A stretch of 64,000 nt of DNA from an uncultured Chloroflexia bacterium (GCA_963700285.1 CAVOXA010000010.1:128001-192000), one strand, 5' to 3'. Counted from the first letter of the stretch, positions 10,681 through 24,472 are shown. Numbers and translations: made by a program. Notes: generated by a model not told the origin, from the letters alone.

Positions 10681-10932
10681 ATGTCACTCGACGATTTCTA
10701 TCTTGCGGGGCGAACGATGAACCTGCATGTCGCGGGAGAGCTCAAAGATGCCGAGGCCAGTCGCCTGGCAAGCGTCGCAATGGCTGGGCGCGCGCCCCGC
10801 CGTCGCTTCTGCCGCGGCGTTCTGGCCTGGTTGGGCTATCGCCTGATCGCCTGGGGACAAGGCTTGGAGGACCACTACAGCAACGTACCCTCAACCCCTG
10901 TGTCTCACTCTGCCAATCACCTCTCGACCTGA
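10681..10932 (+). CDS. Small hypothetical protein
   Basis: AGGAGG RBS before ATG 10681; carries a 'LAWLGYRLIAWGQGL' amphipathic segment; lies directly upstream of the receiver gene. Confidence 0.55.
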   Translation: MSLDDFYLAGRTMNLHVAGELKDAEASRLASVAMAGRAPRRRFCRGVLAWLGYRLIAWGQGLEDHYSNVPSTPVSHSANHLST

Positions 10933-10962
10933 AGCGACGATCACCTGGAAGGAAAGGGGCCC

Positions 10963-11397
10963 ATGCAGCGGCGCATCCGAGTGCTGATTGCCGATGATCG
11001 TCCTCCCTCCCGAAATGGCCTGCGAGCGCTGATGGCGAGCTGGCCGGCCGTTGAAGCTGTATATGAGGCGGCCGACGGCCTTGAGGCCCTACAGCTCACG
11101 GAGGACCTTCAGCCCGACGTGGTGCTGATGGATGTCCGGATGCCCGTGATGGATGGCCTGGAGGCGATACGCTTGCTCAAAAGCAGGTGGCCGGACATCA
11201 AGGTCATCGCCCTGTCCATGAGTGATGGGTACCGCGCCGACGCTTTGACCGCGGGGGCGGATGGGTTTCTGACAAAAGGGTGCCCGACCAAGGACCTGCT
11301 GGATACAGTTTCCCGAATTGGGGAAACCAGTTGTGGCCCGAAGGGACGATCGTGCCTGCTCGTCCCTCGGTCCATTTGTATTGCCTGCCCCCCTTGA
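10963..11397 (+). CDS. Stand-alone response regulator receiver (NarL-like REC, no output domain)
   Basis: VLIADD, PDVVLMDVRMPVMDG, ALS and GFLTK motifs; ends shortly after the receiver domain. Confidence 0.85.
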   Translation: MQRRIRVLIADDRPPSRNGLRALMASWPAVEAVYEAADGLEALQLTEDLQPDVVLMDVRMPVMDGLEAIRLLKSRWPDIKVIALSMSDGYRADALTAGADGFLTKGCPTKDLLDTVSRIGETSCGPKGRSCLLVPRSICIACPP

Positions 11398-11423
11398 GCG
11401 GCGCCAGTCGCCCTGGCCCAACC

Positions 11424-14060
11424 CTACAGAGTCACCCCAAGATGGTCTGGCTCTAGCAAGAGATCGAGCAAGCGCAAGCAGTTGCTCTTTGTATCCTCCC
11501 CAACCTCGGCCACTGGCCCGACGCACGAAGGGCAGCCTCGCTGGCAGCGACAGGCACGGACCAAATCGCGGGCTGCCAGCAGCAGCGTCCCGTGAAGCTG
11601 GTACAGCGCCTCGCTAAAGCCCAACCCGCCCGGCGCATTGTCATAGATGGTGATGGTGGGCTGTTTGGTGTACGACGATTTGACCTCACTCACCACGCCA
11701 ATGTCCCGGGGGGCGCTCATCAGGTACAGCGGCGCCAGGTGGCGGACCAGATGGGACAAACCACTCAGCGTACCTCGCACCATGCGGTCCACCTCCACCC
11801 GGCGGTGGCAGGAACGGCAGAGGGTCACCAAATTCTCCAGCCGGTTGGCCTCCAGGTAGCGATCGTTCTGATCCCGCATGTAACCAAAAGTACGGAAGGG
11901 TTGGATATGGTGCACATCGTGGGCCCGGTTGGGGCGCTCTGCCGCCCCACAGTGACGGCAGACGTGACCATCCCGCGCCCGGGCCTGGTTTCGTTGTCGC
12001 TCCCAATTGGGCCCCCGATCGTCCCGCCCCATGTTGAGCAGCCCCTCCTGTTCCAGTTGGGCCGATAGCTCTGGCATGATGTTGAACCAATAGGCCGTCG
12101 TTTCCATCTCCTGTTCGGGAATGCTCTCGGGATGGATCTCACCCCAACCCAGGATCTCGTGGGTGTACAGCCGCACCTTCTTGTAGGACGTTGCCTTGGA
12201 CGTCAGCAGCACCTGACCGTGGGACTTGAGCGCTACTGTACCCGCCATCTGCTCGTTCACATCCATGACCTGTACATTGACCGACAGGCTGGCTTGGGTA
12301 TAGTATCCGGCCTCGACCGGTTCTACCTCGGCACGGCGTCCCTCCCAGTCCAGTTTTCTCACCTGGTAGGACTCGCCACCGTGGATATAGATCGCTCCCT
12401 CGTGGATCAGCAACGGCACGCTCTGCCGGTCGACCACACCAATCGCGCGACCATGCTCCCCACCGATGCCCCCTTCCTGCGAGGTGTCCACGACCACAAA
12501 GTTGTCCATCTCGGCCGCGCGCAGGCTTATGGCTTCGGCAGGATAGCTCTGGTCGGCCCAGTGCCATTGCCCCCCGCTGTGGCGCAAAAGCCCCTCCTCC
12601 TCCAGGAAAGCCAGTACCTCCTGGGTATGGGGAAAGCGACCAAAGGCCTCGTCCTGGGCAAAGGGCAACTCAAAGGCAGCGCAGCGCACGTGGTTGACGG
12701 CGATGGCCAAGTTGTCGGGATTGAGCAGCGCCTGCTCCGGCGACCGCCCGAAAAAATAGTCGGGGTGGGTAACAATGTACTGATCCAAGGGTGATCCGCC
12801 AGCTACCAGCACGGCAGCGGAGGTCTCGGAACGGCGGCCCGCCCGCCCCGCCTGCTGCCAGGTACTGGCGATGGTACCCGGGTAGCCGGTCATGAGGCAG
12901 GCGTCCAGGTGACCGATATTGATACCCAGTTCCAGGGCATTGGTGGCCACCACGCCCAACACCAGGCGCTCGCGCAGCCCCCGCTCAATCTCGCGCCGCT
13001 CCGACGGCAGGTAGCCGCCCCGGTAGCCCTGGACCTTCTTGGGGTCCAGCCCATCGCGAGCAGCCGAGTCCCGGAGGTAGGTGAGCAGCACCTCAGTAGT
13101 CAGACGGGCGCGGGCAAAAATGATGGTCTGGATCCCAGCCTCTAGAAATCGTTCGGCCAGGAGCCGGGTATCGCTCACCGCGCTGCGGCGGATGCCCAGT
13201 TCGCGGTCCACAATCGGCGGGTTGTAGAACAAAAAGTGCTTCCCACCCTGGGGCGAACCATCCTCCTCTTGACCCACCAGAACAAAGCGATCCTCGGTCA
13301 GGCGCTCCGCCAGCTCCAGGGGGTTGGCGATGGTTGCCGAGGCACAGATGATCTGGGGTGAGCTGCCGTAGAAAGCGCAGACGCGCTTGAGCCGGCGGAG
13401 GACATTGGCCACGTGGCTGCCGAAAACACCCCGGTAGGTGTGGATCTCGTCCAAGACTACGAACCGCAACCCCTGGAAAAAGCCCGCCCAGCGGGTGTGG
13501 TGAGGCAGAATGCCAGTGTGCAGCATGTCGGGATTGCTGATCACGATCCCGGCTGTTTTCCGGATGCGCGGCCGAGCTCCCTGGGGCGTGTCACCATCGT
13601 AGGTATGTACCTCAAGCCGGGCGCCGGGTTGCTGCCTGGCTGGCCCGCTGCTAGAGGGAGGCATCGCGGGAAGGCGCTCCAGCGCACCCTTCAATCCGCC
13701 CAGCTCGGCCAACTGATCCTGAGCCAGGGCCTTGGTGGGGAACAGGTAGAGCGCCCGCGCCGAAGTATCGGCCAGCAGTTTGTCCAGTACCGGCAGGTTG
13801 TAGCACAGCGTTTTGCCGCTGGCAGTGGGAGTGACAACAACCACGTTCTTGCCGCGCAATGCGGCCCCCACCGCCTTGGCCTGGTGGGTATACAGGTGCT
13901 CAATGCCGCACTGGCGGAGCGCCGTCACCAGGCGCGTATCGATCCCGGCCGGGAAATCAGCATAGCGCGCCCGACGGGGCGCCAGCCGCTGCCAACGGGT
14001 GATCCGCCGCGCCAACTGCGCATCGTGCTCGATCTGGTCGAGTACATCCTCTAGATTCAT
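11424..14060 (-). CDS. DEAD/DEAH helicase of the MrfA/Hrq1 (DUF1998) family with an inserted HNH domain
   Basis: TPTASGKT, PTKALAQDQ, DEIH, SATIAN, TNALELG, QQAGRAGR, C-terminal CRCQRGCPSC; insert CRHC...HDVHHIQP...NLVTLCRSCH. Confidence 0.9.
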   Translation of the reverse strand: MNLEDVLDQIEHDAQLARRITRWQRLAPRRARYADFPAGIDTRLVTALRQCGIEHLYTHQAKAVGAALRGKNVVVVTPTASGKTLCYNLPVLDKLLADTSARALYLFPTKALAQDQLAELGGLKGALERLPAMPPSSSGPARQQPGARLEVHTYDGDTPQGARPRIRKTAGIVISNPDMLHTGILPHHTRWAGFFQGLRFVVLDEIHTYRGVFGSHVANVLRRLKRVCAFYGSSPQIICASATIANPLELAERLTEDRFVLVGQEEDGSPQGGKHFLFYNPPIVDRELGIRRSAVSDTRLLAERFLEAGIQTIIFARARLTTEVLLTYLRDSAARDGLDPKKVQGYRGGYLPSERREIERGLRERLVLGVVATNALELGINIGHLDACLMTGYPGTIASTWQQAGRAGRRSETSAAVLVAGGSPLDQYIVTHPDYFFGRSPEQALLNPDNLAIAVNHVRCAAFELPFAQDEAFGRFPHTQEVLAFLEEEGLLRHSGGQWHWADQSYPAEAISLRAAEMDNFVVVDTSQEGGIGGEHGRAIGVVDRQSVPLLIHEGAIYIHGGESYQVRKLDWEGRRAEVEPVEAGYYTQASLSVNVQVMDVNEQMAGTVALKSHGQVLLTSKATSYKKVRLYTHEILGWGEIHPESIPEQEMETTAYWFNIMPELSAQLEQEGLLNMGRDDRGPNWERQRNQARARDGHVCRHCGAAERPNRAHDVHHIQPFRTFGYMRDQNDRYLEANRLENLVTLCRSCHRRVEVDRMVRGTLSGLSHLVRHLAPLYLMSAPRDIGVVSEVKSSYTKQPTITIYDNAPGGLGFSEALYQLHGTLLLAARDLVRACRCQRGCPSCVGPVAEVGEDTKSNCLRLLDLLLEPDHLGVTL

Positions 14061-14384
14061 CGAAGCCTCACCACCCCAAAAACCCTCGCCTGGAGTCTGG
14101 GGTGCCGTCAAAGATCTACGGGCGATCGATGCTGCACATCCCACCGAAAGCAGGATCTGCCAAGAGACCGGTGGTCCCGTCATCCTGGAAGGCGCTGATG
14201 TCTCGATTATAGCCCAAGGCGCAGCCCTGAGCAAAATCAGGCCGTCTCTCGATTTCCAAAAACCGGCCAACTGGGGTACAATATGGGCTGCTCGAGCCCA
14301 TTACACTGGCACCCCGGAACGGTCCAGGCGAGAACCTGTAGCCTGGATCAATCGACCAAGCAGCACAAAGGGAAAGGACAACTC

Positions 14385-14675
14385 ATGACTGACAAACTGC
14401 CATACGGAGAGGATGGCTACAAGATCATTGCCCGGGTGATCAAGCAGGAAGGGCACTGTGTCGCCGGACACCAGGTAGGCGACACCGTCGTCTTTGAGGG
14501 ACAGACGATACAGGGCCAGGTCTGCATCCACGCGCTTTACAGCTTCCTGCCCAAGGTGTTCGCCCTGCGCTATGGCGCCAACTTTCCCTGGGTGGACGAC
14601 CTGGACGTGGCGACCCACGCCTGTCCAGACGCCTTCAACCCTGTAGTCTTTGAGCTGGAAAGGGTGCGTGAGTGA
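14385..14675 (+). CDS. TIGR04076-family protein
   Basis: GHCVAGHQVGD...CIHAL...ACPD..NPVVFEL pattern; GGAAAGGA RBS. Confidence 0.75.
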   Translation: MTDKLPYGEDGYKIIARVIKQEGHCVAGHQVGDTVVFEGQTIQGQVCIHALYSFLPKVFALRYGANFPWVDDLDVATHACPDAFNPVVFELERVRE

Positions 14676-14965
14676 CAGCACTCTGCCTCAAGTGCGGCAG
14701 CCCCGCCGAGAACCGCTTTCGCCTGGTGATGGGCCGGGGCCGCATGGAGCGCCTGTGCCCCCCTTGCGCCGATACCCTCTCGGCGTTGGTGCGCGCGGCG
14801 GGCGACACCTGCCAGCTTTCCCTGGCCGATGAACGCTTTGTCACCTGGCTGGAGACCGATAGCTGGCAAGCACGGGATGGGCGCTCCATCGGGATTGAGG
14901 ATCTCCTGGTTGGCTGGCACGGGGCCGAGTGCCCCTGCTGCGCCACTTTTGCCGAGGAAGAATAG
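14672..14965 (+). CDS. Small Cys-rich hypothetical protein (putative Zn-binding)
   Basis: CLKC, CPPC and CPCC motifs; its GTG start overlaps the upstream stop (GTGA). Confidence 0.55.
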   Translation: MTALCLKCGSPAENRFRLVMGRGRMERLCPPCADTLSALVRAAGDTCQLSLADERFVTWLETDSWQARDGRSIGIEDLLVGWHGAECPCCATFAEEE

Positions 14966-15088
14966 CCACCATCCTCCCGCGGGTTGTGACCCGGTGTGTT
15001 CTGATCGATCGTGGTGGCTGGCTGCCCCGGTCTCAATTGCCAGGTAGTACAAACCCGCGGGAGGATAAGTCGAGGAGGAGCGTGATCT

Positions 15089-15943
15089 ATGGCTCGAAAC
15101 TTACGGATCGCATTGGCCCAAGTCGCCGTCGCGCCTGAGCGCGACGACAATGTGGTCAGGGCATTGCGCATGATGGCCGACGCAGCATCGGCCGGGGCGC
15201 AGCTCATTGTCTTCCCCGAGATGAGCGTCGACCCCTTTTTCCCCCAGTACCGCGCCCAACAGCGCTTCTTTGATTGGGGCGTGCCGGTGCCGGGCCCGTT
15301 CACCGGCCGGTTCCAGGAGCAAGCGGCCAAACTCGGCCTGGCGACCGTGATCAACCTTTTTGAGCGAGCGGCGCCGGGGCGCTACTATGACTGCTCGCCC
15401 GTTTTTGACGCCGATGGCAACTATGTGGGCAAGCAGCGCATGAGTCACATCCTGGAGGGGCCCGGCTACAACGAGCGCTATTACTACTGGCCGGGCAACA
15501 GCGGCTACCCGGTTTTCGACGTGGGGTCGGCCAGCACGGGGCCGCTGCGCCTTGGCGTGGCCATCTGTTACGACCGGCACTTTCCCGAGGGCATGCGGGC
15601 CCTGTGCCTGGGCGGCGCCGAACTCATCGTCGTGCCCACCGCCACGGCCAGCCTGGAGGCCGAGTACCGTGCCGTATGGGAGATTGAGATGCAGGCGGCG
15701 GCCGTTGCCAACGGGCTGTTCATCGCCGTGGCCAATCGCGCCGGCGTCGACGACACGCTGAGTTTCTTTGGCGGGAGTTTCGCCGTCGACCCCTTTGGCC
15801 GGGTTCTGGCCCGCGCGCCCGAGAACGACGTGTCCCTGCTTCTGGTGGACCTGGATCTCGACCTCGTCGAGCAGGCCCGCCGCGACATGCCCTTCCTGCG
15901 AGACCGCCGCCCAGAGACCTATGGTCCTCTCATTGAGCATTAG
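15089..15943 (+). CDS. Carbon-nitrogen hydrolase (nitrilase superfamily)
   Basis: IALAQ, VFPEM, AICYDRHFPE and NRAG...FFGGSFAVDPFG motifs. Confidence 0.9.
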   Translation: MARNLRIALAQVAVAPERDDNVVRALRMMADAASAGAQLIVFPEMSVDPFFPQYRAQQRFFDWGVPVPGPFTGRFQEQAAKLGLATVINLFERAAPGRYYDCSPVFDADGNYVGKQRMSHILEGPGYNERYYYWPGNSGYPVFDVGSASTGPLRLGVAICYDRHFPEGMRALCLGGAELIVVPTATASLEAEYRAVWEIEMQAAAVANGLFIAVANRAGVDDTLSFFGGSFAVDPFGRVLARAPENDVSLLLVDLDLDLVEQARRDMPFLRDRRPETYGPLIEH

Positions 15944-16037
15944 GATGAGCCAAACCGATTGACGAAAGACCGATGGAACCCTGCAGCCTGTCCTTCTTCC
16001 TTGGTCCTTCATCTCAAGATCACAAGGAGCAAACACA

Positions 16038-16523
16038 ATGTCAGAAAAGACCCTTCAAGCCCGCACCGGCCTCTATTTTGAGGAATTCGAGGTAGGCCAA
16101 TCAATCATCAGCCCCGGGCGGACCATCACCGAGGCGGACGTGGTCGGCTTTGCCGCCATGAGCGGCGACTGGAACGCCATGCATACCGACGCCGAGTACG
16201 CCGCCGACCACCCCTTCGGCCAGCGGGTGGCCCACGGGCTGCTCGTGCTGTCCGTCGCCAGCGGCCTGGCCATGCGCCTGGGCATCCTGGAAGAGACGGC
16301 CCTCGCCTTTCGCGAGATCGACTCCTGGAAGTTCAGCCTGCCCGTATTCTTTGGCGACACCGTCCGCGTGCGAGCAACCGTCACCGAAACCAAAAAGATG
16401 CGCCGCATCGGTGGCGGGCTGGTGACCCTAAAGGTAGAGATTCTGAATCAGGAAGACAAGATCGTCCAGCGGGGTTCCTGGGGGGTATTGGTCATAGGCC
16501 GCGAGGCTTTGGCATCAGACTGA
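16038..16523 (+). CDS. MaoC-family hot-dog dehydratase
   Basis: FAAMSGDWNAMHTD hydratase motif, RVAHGLL, PVFFGDT. Confidence 0.9.
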   Translation: MSEKTLQARTGLYFEEFEVGQSIISPGRTITEADVVGFAAMSGDWNAMHTDAEYAADHPFGQRVAHGLLVLSVASGLAMRLGILEETALAFREIDSWKFSLPVFFGDTVRVRATVTETKKMRRIGGGLVTLKVEILNQEDKIVQRGSWGVLVIGREALASD

Positions 16524-16595
16524 TTACGGCAAGTCCATTTCTGTCAGAATGGACTCAATCTCATCCAAGAACTCGGACAGACGTTCATGAGGCAT
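16524..16595 (-). pseudogene. 23-aa remnant of a probable toxin-antitoxin partner gene
   Basis: MPHERLSEFLDEIESILTEMDLP* overlaps the 3' end of the upstream gene and reads like an isolated C-terminal helix. The family link is inference. Confidence 0.3.
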
Positions 16596-16896
16596 TTCTG
16601 AGATGCTCAAGACGTTCGACCTCCTCCGCCATGTCCTCAATGCCAGTCACGGACATTTCCCAGTCAAAGTAGTCTTGTTCCATCTCGAAGGCTGGTTCAG
16701 AGCCCAGGATCCTCTGTTGGAAAGTCACAAAGTCCTGGTTATGCTTGGCCTCAAACTGGCGTGACATTGTTCGATACTTGATCAGATTCTTGCGCGCTCG
16801 TTCGAGCAAAAGCTCTGCCAATGCTTCTTCCGGATCCAAGTCAGGAAACAAGCGCTGGACGCTGACTTGCAGTGTTACAGAATCAATACTCATCAT
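16585..16896 (-). CDS. Hypothetical protein, antitoxin-like
   Basis: FEAKH...F..F...EQDYFDWE pattern recalled from small TA-associated proteins; locally lower GC. Confidence 0.5.
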   Translation of the reverse strand: MMSIDSVTLQVSVQRLFPDLDPEEALAELLLERARKNLIKYRTMSRQFEAKHNQDFVTFQQRILGSEPAFEMEQDYFDWEMSVTGIEDMAEEVERLEHLRNAS

Positions 16897-17056
16897 GAAC
16901 TCCACTGACAGTATGTCTGGGCACCATACAGACACCAGGCGCGGACTCGAAAGCCAAGCATATTATGCGCTGGAAAGCAGTTGCTGTCAATCGTCCGGGG
17001 TAGTCCAAAAACACTTATACCCAGGCTCGTATGGACTCTGGCTCCTCTGCCAGGCA

Positions 17057-17965
17057 TCACATGCCGTCAATCAGTCCGAGTACTTTGCGCGCCCGGGCGA
17101 CGACCGGGGCATCGATCATCTGTCCATCCAGGGCGATGACTCCCTCTCCCCTGGTCTCGGCCGCTTCAAAGGCCTCCAGCACGCGCCGGGCATGGGCAAC
17201 CTCCTCCTCGCTGGGAGCAAAGGCCTGGTGCACCGGCTCGATCTGGGCGGGGTGGATGAGCAGCTTGCCGCTGTAGCCCAGTTGCCGCGCCTGGCGGGCC
17301 TCAGCCAGCAGGCCCTCCGGGTCGGTGAGGTCCGTATAGACGGTATCGATGGCCGCGGCGCCTGCAGCCCGGGCAGCAAGCACCAGGTGAGCCCAGGCGT
17401 AGGCGATCTCGGCGCCATCTCTGGTACGCACGGCCCCCAGGTCCCAGGCCAGGTCTTCCCCACCCAGGCACAGAGCCCGCACCCGGCGGCCGCCATGCTC
17501 CGCCCCGGCCACAGCCATCCCGTAGGCATTGAGCACCCCCAACGCGGTTTCGACCATCAGCAGGATCCCCACCGCCCCAACCGGCAGGCCACGCGCCTGC
17601 TCCAACGCGGCCAGCATCGAGCCCAGCAGGTCCACGTCGGCGGGCGTGTCCGCCTTGGGCAGGCAGACAGCGTCTACCCCCAGGGCAAAGGCTCCCTCCA
17701 GATCGGCCTCGACCAGCCCCGTGGAGAGCGCATTGACCCGCAGGATCACCCGCGGGCCGTAGGGTCCAGATTCCAGGGCCCGCCGCACCATGGCTCGCGC
17801 CGCCGCCTTCTCGCCAGGGGGTACCGCATCCTCCAGGTCAAGGATGACGGCATCGGCCGGCAGCGTCCGCGCCTTCTCCAACATGCGGGGTTTGTTGCCT
17901 GGTACAAATAGGACGCTGCGCAGCGGCTTTGACAGATTCACGATTGGAAAATCTCTCGATCCCAC
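17057..17965 (-). CDS. CitE-family CoA-ester lyase (HpcH/HpaI superfamily)
   Basis: RSVLFVPG, LDLEDAV, ETALG, GGEDL, GKLLIHPAQ, GQMIDAP motifs. Confidence 0.9.
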   Translation of the reverse strand: MGSRDFPIVNLSKPLRSVLFVPGNKPRMLEKARTLPADAVILDLEDAVPPGEKAAARAMVRRALESGPYGPRVILRVNALSTGLVEADLEGAFALGVDAVCLPKADTPADVDLLGSMLAALEQARGLPVGAVGILLMVETALGVLNAYGMAVAGAEHGGRRVRALCLGGEDLAWDLGAVRTRDGAEIAYAWAHLVLAARAAGAAAIDTVYTDLTDPEGLLAEARQARQLGYSGKLLIHPAQIEPVHQAFAPSEEEVAHARRVLEAFEAAETRGEGVIALDGQMIDAPVVARARKVLGLIDGM

Positions 17966-17981
17966 CGAATGGCCTTATCCT

Positions 17982-20308
<2,327 letters not shown>

Positions 20309-20405
20309 CCTAGTACTGGACCTCCTCGTCGGTCGTTTGCGCGCCGCCTGGGCGCACCGCGCGCGGCGGAAGGGGAGTATCTTGGCCTGGTTTTGGCCAG
20401 TAAGT

Positions 20406-20639
20406 TCAGTCTCGGGCAGCGCTCGGATCGACCAGCCATCCTGCGGCCTCGTGGTAGAGCAGCTCAAAGCGCTGGCCTGTCTCCGTCCGGACGCAAAAGG
20501 CCGGGCCATCCGGCGTCCGCCAGCGGCTCTCGATACGAGTCACCGGATAGCGCTGCCCCTGCCACAGCACGGCCCTCGGTTCCTGGGCATAGGTATGGCC
20601 GGAATAGCATTCGACCCGAGCGGCTTCCTGGTCAGCCAC
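20406..20639 (-). CDS. Small hypothetical protein
   Basis: VECYSGHTYAQEPRAVLWQG...WRTPDG..F...FEL ORF filling the operon gap. Confidence 0.55.
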   Translation of the reverse strand: MADQEAARVECYSGHTYAQEPRAVLWQGQRYPVTRIESRWRTPDGPAFCVRTETGQRFELLYHEAAGWLVDPSAARD

Positions 20640-21640
20640 GGCCCTGGGCAAAGTCCAGCCGGGCCGAATCGCCCACGTTCAGCACCCGGTAGCGGCCTCG
20701 CACCACGGCATCTTTGCCGATCAGGGAACGATCCAGCATCGTGTCGTCGATATAGGCTCCCTCGTCGATGATCGAGTCGCGGACGATGGAGCGCAGGACC
20801 ACGGCTGTTCTCGGCAATCGTGACGTAGGGGCCAACGATCGAATGCTCCACCCGGGCTGAGGGGGCAATATACACCGGCGGGATGATCACCGAGTCCGGT
20901 GACGCAACCTCGCCGCCATTGTCCCGGCCGTGCTCCAGGAGATAGCGGTTGGTCTTGAGCACATCCTGGGGCGTGCCGCAGTCCTCCCACACCGACACCT
21001 CTCGCACGCCAAAGCTCGCGCCCTGCTCGATCATTACCGTGAAAGCATCGGCCAGGTAGAATTCGCCCTTGGTCTGCATGTCGCGCTCCATCAGCTCTTC
21101 GATGGCCCGCAGTCAGCCAGGCTCCATCGCGGATATAATAGACGCCGACAATGGCCAGTCGGTTCTCAAAGGTATCGGGCTTTTCCACCAGGCCTGACAC
21201 CAGCCCGTCATCCCCGAGCACAGTCACCCCAAAACGGCGGGGATCCTCCACCTCCTTGACGTAGAGCATGCCATCCAGCCCTGAAGTCTCCAACCCGCTC
21301 AGATCCGCCTCAAAGATGTGTCCACAAAGATGATCAGCACGGGCCCGTCCAGGTACTCTCGGGCCAGCCAGATGGCATGGGCTTGGCCCAGGAGTTCTTT
21401 CTGTTCCACGTAGCGGGCCGGATAGGGATAATCGCTGGCCTCATAGTACTCCTGGATCTGCTCGCCGAGCCAGCCGACGATAAAGATCAGCTCGTCGACC
21501 TCTACGTCCAGGTCAGCCAGCTTGTCCAGGATGTGGCCCAGCACCGGCTTGCCGGCCACGTTGACCAGCGGCTTGGGTTTGGACCAGGTGTGGGGCCGCA
21601 TCCGCTTGCCGAACCCCGCCAGGGGAATGATGACTTTCAT
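20632..21640 (-). CDS. Sugar-phosphate nucleotidyltransferase with left-handed beta-helix tail, frameshifted
   Basis: IPLAGFGKRMRPHT..KPKPL, VEKP, WEDCG, and hexapeptide-like IIPPVYI/SIVGPYV. Confidence 0.88.
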
Positions 21641-21671
21641 GTTTTCCTGTATCTCCTGTGATGATTGCCAA

Positions 21672-23139
<1,468 letters not shown>

Positions 23140-23143
<4 letters not shown>

Positions 23144-23437
23144 CCGTCCGCCTCCAGCACCACCGGCACCCGGAAGCAGTCCTCCTCCACGCTCGGGGCG
23201 TTGGCCAGCACGTCGGCCAGCGGCAGCGAGGGCTGCGACCTCGTCATCGCGCATGACGTTTTCCAGGGGCAGAACGGTGGCCGTGGGGGGAATGGCCGCG
23301 GTATCCAGTTGCTGCAGGCGCTCGGCATAGGCCAGGATAGAGGACAGCTGCTCGCGAAACAGTTCTTTCTCCTGGTCGCTCAAAGCCAACTGGGCCAGTT
23401 GGGCCACGTGTTCCACTGCTTCAGAGCTCAGTTTCAC
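23140..23437 (-). CDS. gatC: Asp/Glu-tRNA amidotransferase subunit C, frameshifted
   Basis: VEHVAQLAQL...LSSILAY...PPTA...MRDDEV, then LANAP....FRVPVVLE in another frame. Confidence 0.9.
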
Positions 23438-23680
23438 GGCAGAGATCGCCTCCCCGAGGATCTAGGGCTTTTTGGACAAAGCCTGGCGCCGCTATTATAG
23501 CACCTATTCAGGCAAACAGAAAACAGCCGCTGGCCCAGGGCAGGCAACTCGCACTGGGTACTGGCAGACAAGGCGTAACAGACGGTTGGGGCGCCGCACG
23601 GCGTCGACGAGGATGCACCAGAGGGTCCGAATGCCGGTACTTGTGGGGTTTCCACGTGGGTTTCGACCGAGTACTGGGGA

Positions 23681-24139
23681 TCAGGTACTTACCACCAAGA
23701 CCGCACCTGCTGCCTCCGGGTCAAAGGTGACCGACCATCTCGTGTACTCGTCATAGCGCGCGCCCTGCAGATCGGCCCCATTCAGATCGGCATGGTACAA
23801 GTTGGCCCCCACGAGGTGGGCATCGCCCAAGTCGGCCTCGCTCAGGTCGGCCTGGCTCAGGTTGGCCTCAGCCAGATTCGCCCCCCTTAAAGTAGCCCCT
23901 TTCAGGCAGGCATTGGACAGTTCGGCCTCCTCCAGCGTGGCCGCTGACAGATCCACCCCTGACAGATCCCCGCCTGCCACGTTGGTCTTGGTCAGGTCCG
24001 CCCCGCTCAGATCCGCGCCACTCAGGTCAGCCCTGTACAGCCCCAGATCTGACAGGTCGCGCTCCTGCAGATCCAGCCGTTCTCCCCGCTCCCGGGCCCG
24101 CTTGGCCAGTTCCAGAACATCCGCTACCAGTAGTTTCAC
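23681..24139 (-). CDS. Pentapeptide repeat protein
   Basis: Tandem A(D/N)LxG/E repeats; AGGAGG RBS upstream. Confidence 0.85.
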   Translation of the reverse strand: MKLLVADVLELAKRARERGERLDLQERDLSDLGLYRADLSGADLSGADLTKTNVAGGDLSGVDLSAATLEEAELSNACLKGATLRGANLAEANLSQADLSEADLGDAHLVGANLYHADLNGADLQGARYDEYTRWSVTFDPEAAGAVLVVST

Positions 24140-24472
24140 CGTGGCTTATACCTCCTGTTGCTCGGCCTCCCGCAGGTTGGCGAACCGGCCGGTACCACCC
24201 AATCGACGCAAAAAAACTACGAGCAGCGACACTCACGCCCTCGTGTCCTCAGCCTTCGCGCCCAGCGACCAGCTTCCACCGCCAGCGTCTAAAGAGCCTG
24301 GCCCATCCTGCGGAAGGCGCCCACGGTCAAGTCCACGGCAATGGCGTTGGCCGGGGCAAGGTCAGGGCTCAGGGACATGGCGCCCACAATCAAACTGAGG
24401 ATGCTCGCTTCTCAGGGGTACGAACCGGTGCTCCGTGTCACCTGCCTGATGCGCCGCCAAAATACGCCGATT

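Noticed and set aside
11424-14965. DISARM/Druantia-type defence island around the DUF1998 helicase
   Set aside because: No methyltransferase, phospholipase D or other defence genes are adjacent, and the helicase matches the MrfA/Hrq1 repair type.
24140-24470. Riboswitch or T-box leader upstream of the pentapeptide gene (GGGTGGTACC and a T-run on the minus strand)
   Set aside because: The T-run precedes rather than follows the T-box-like word, there is no recognisable stem I, and the downstream gene is not amino-acid related. An Rfam/Infernal scan would settle it.
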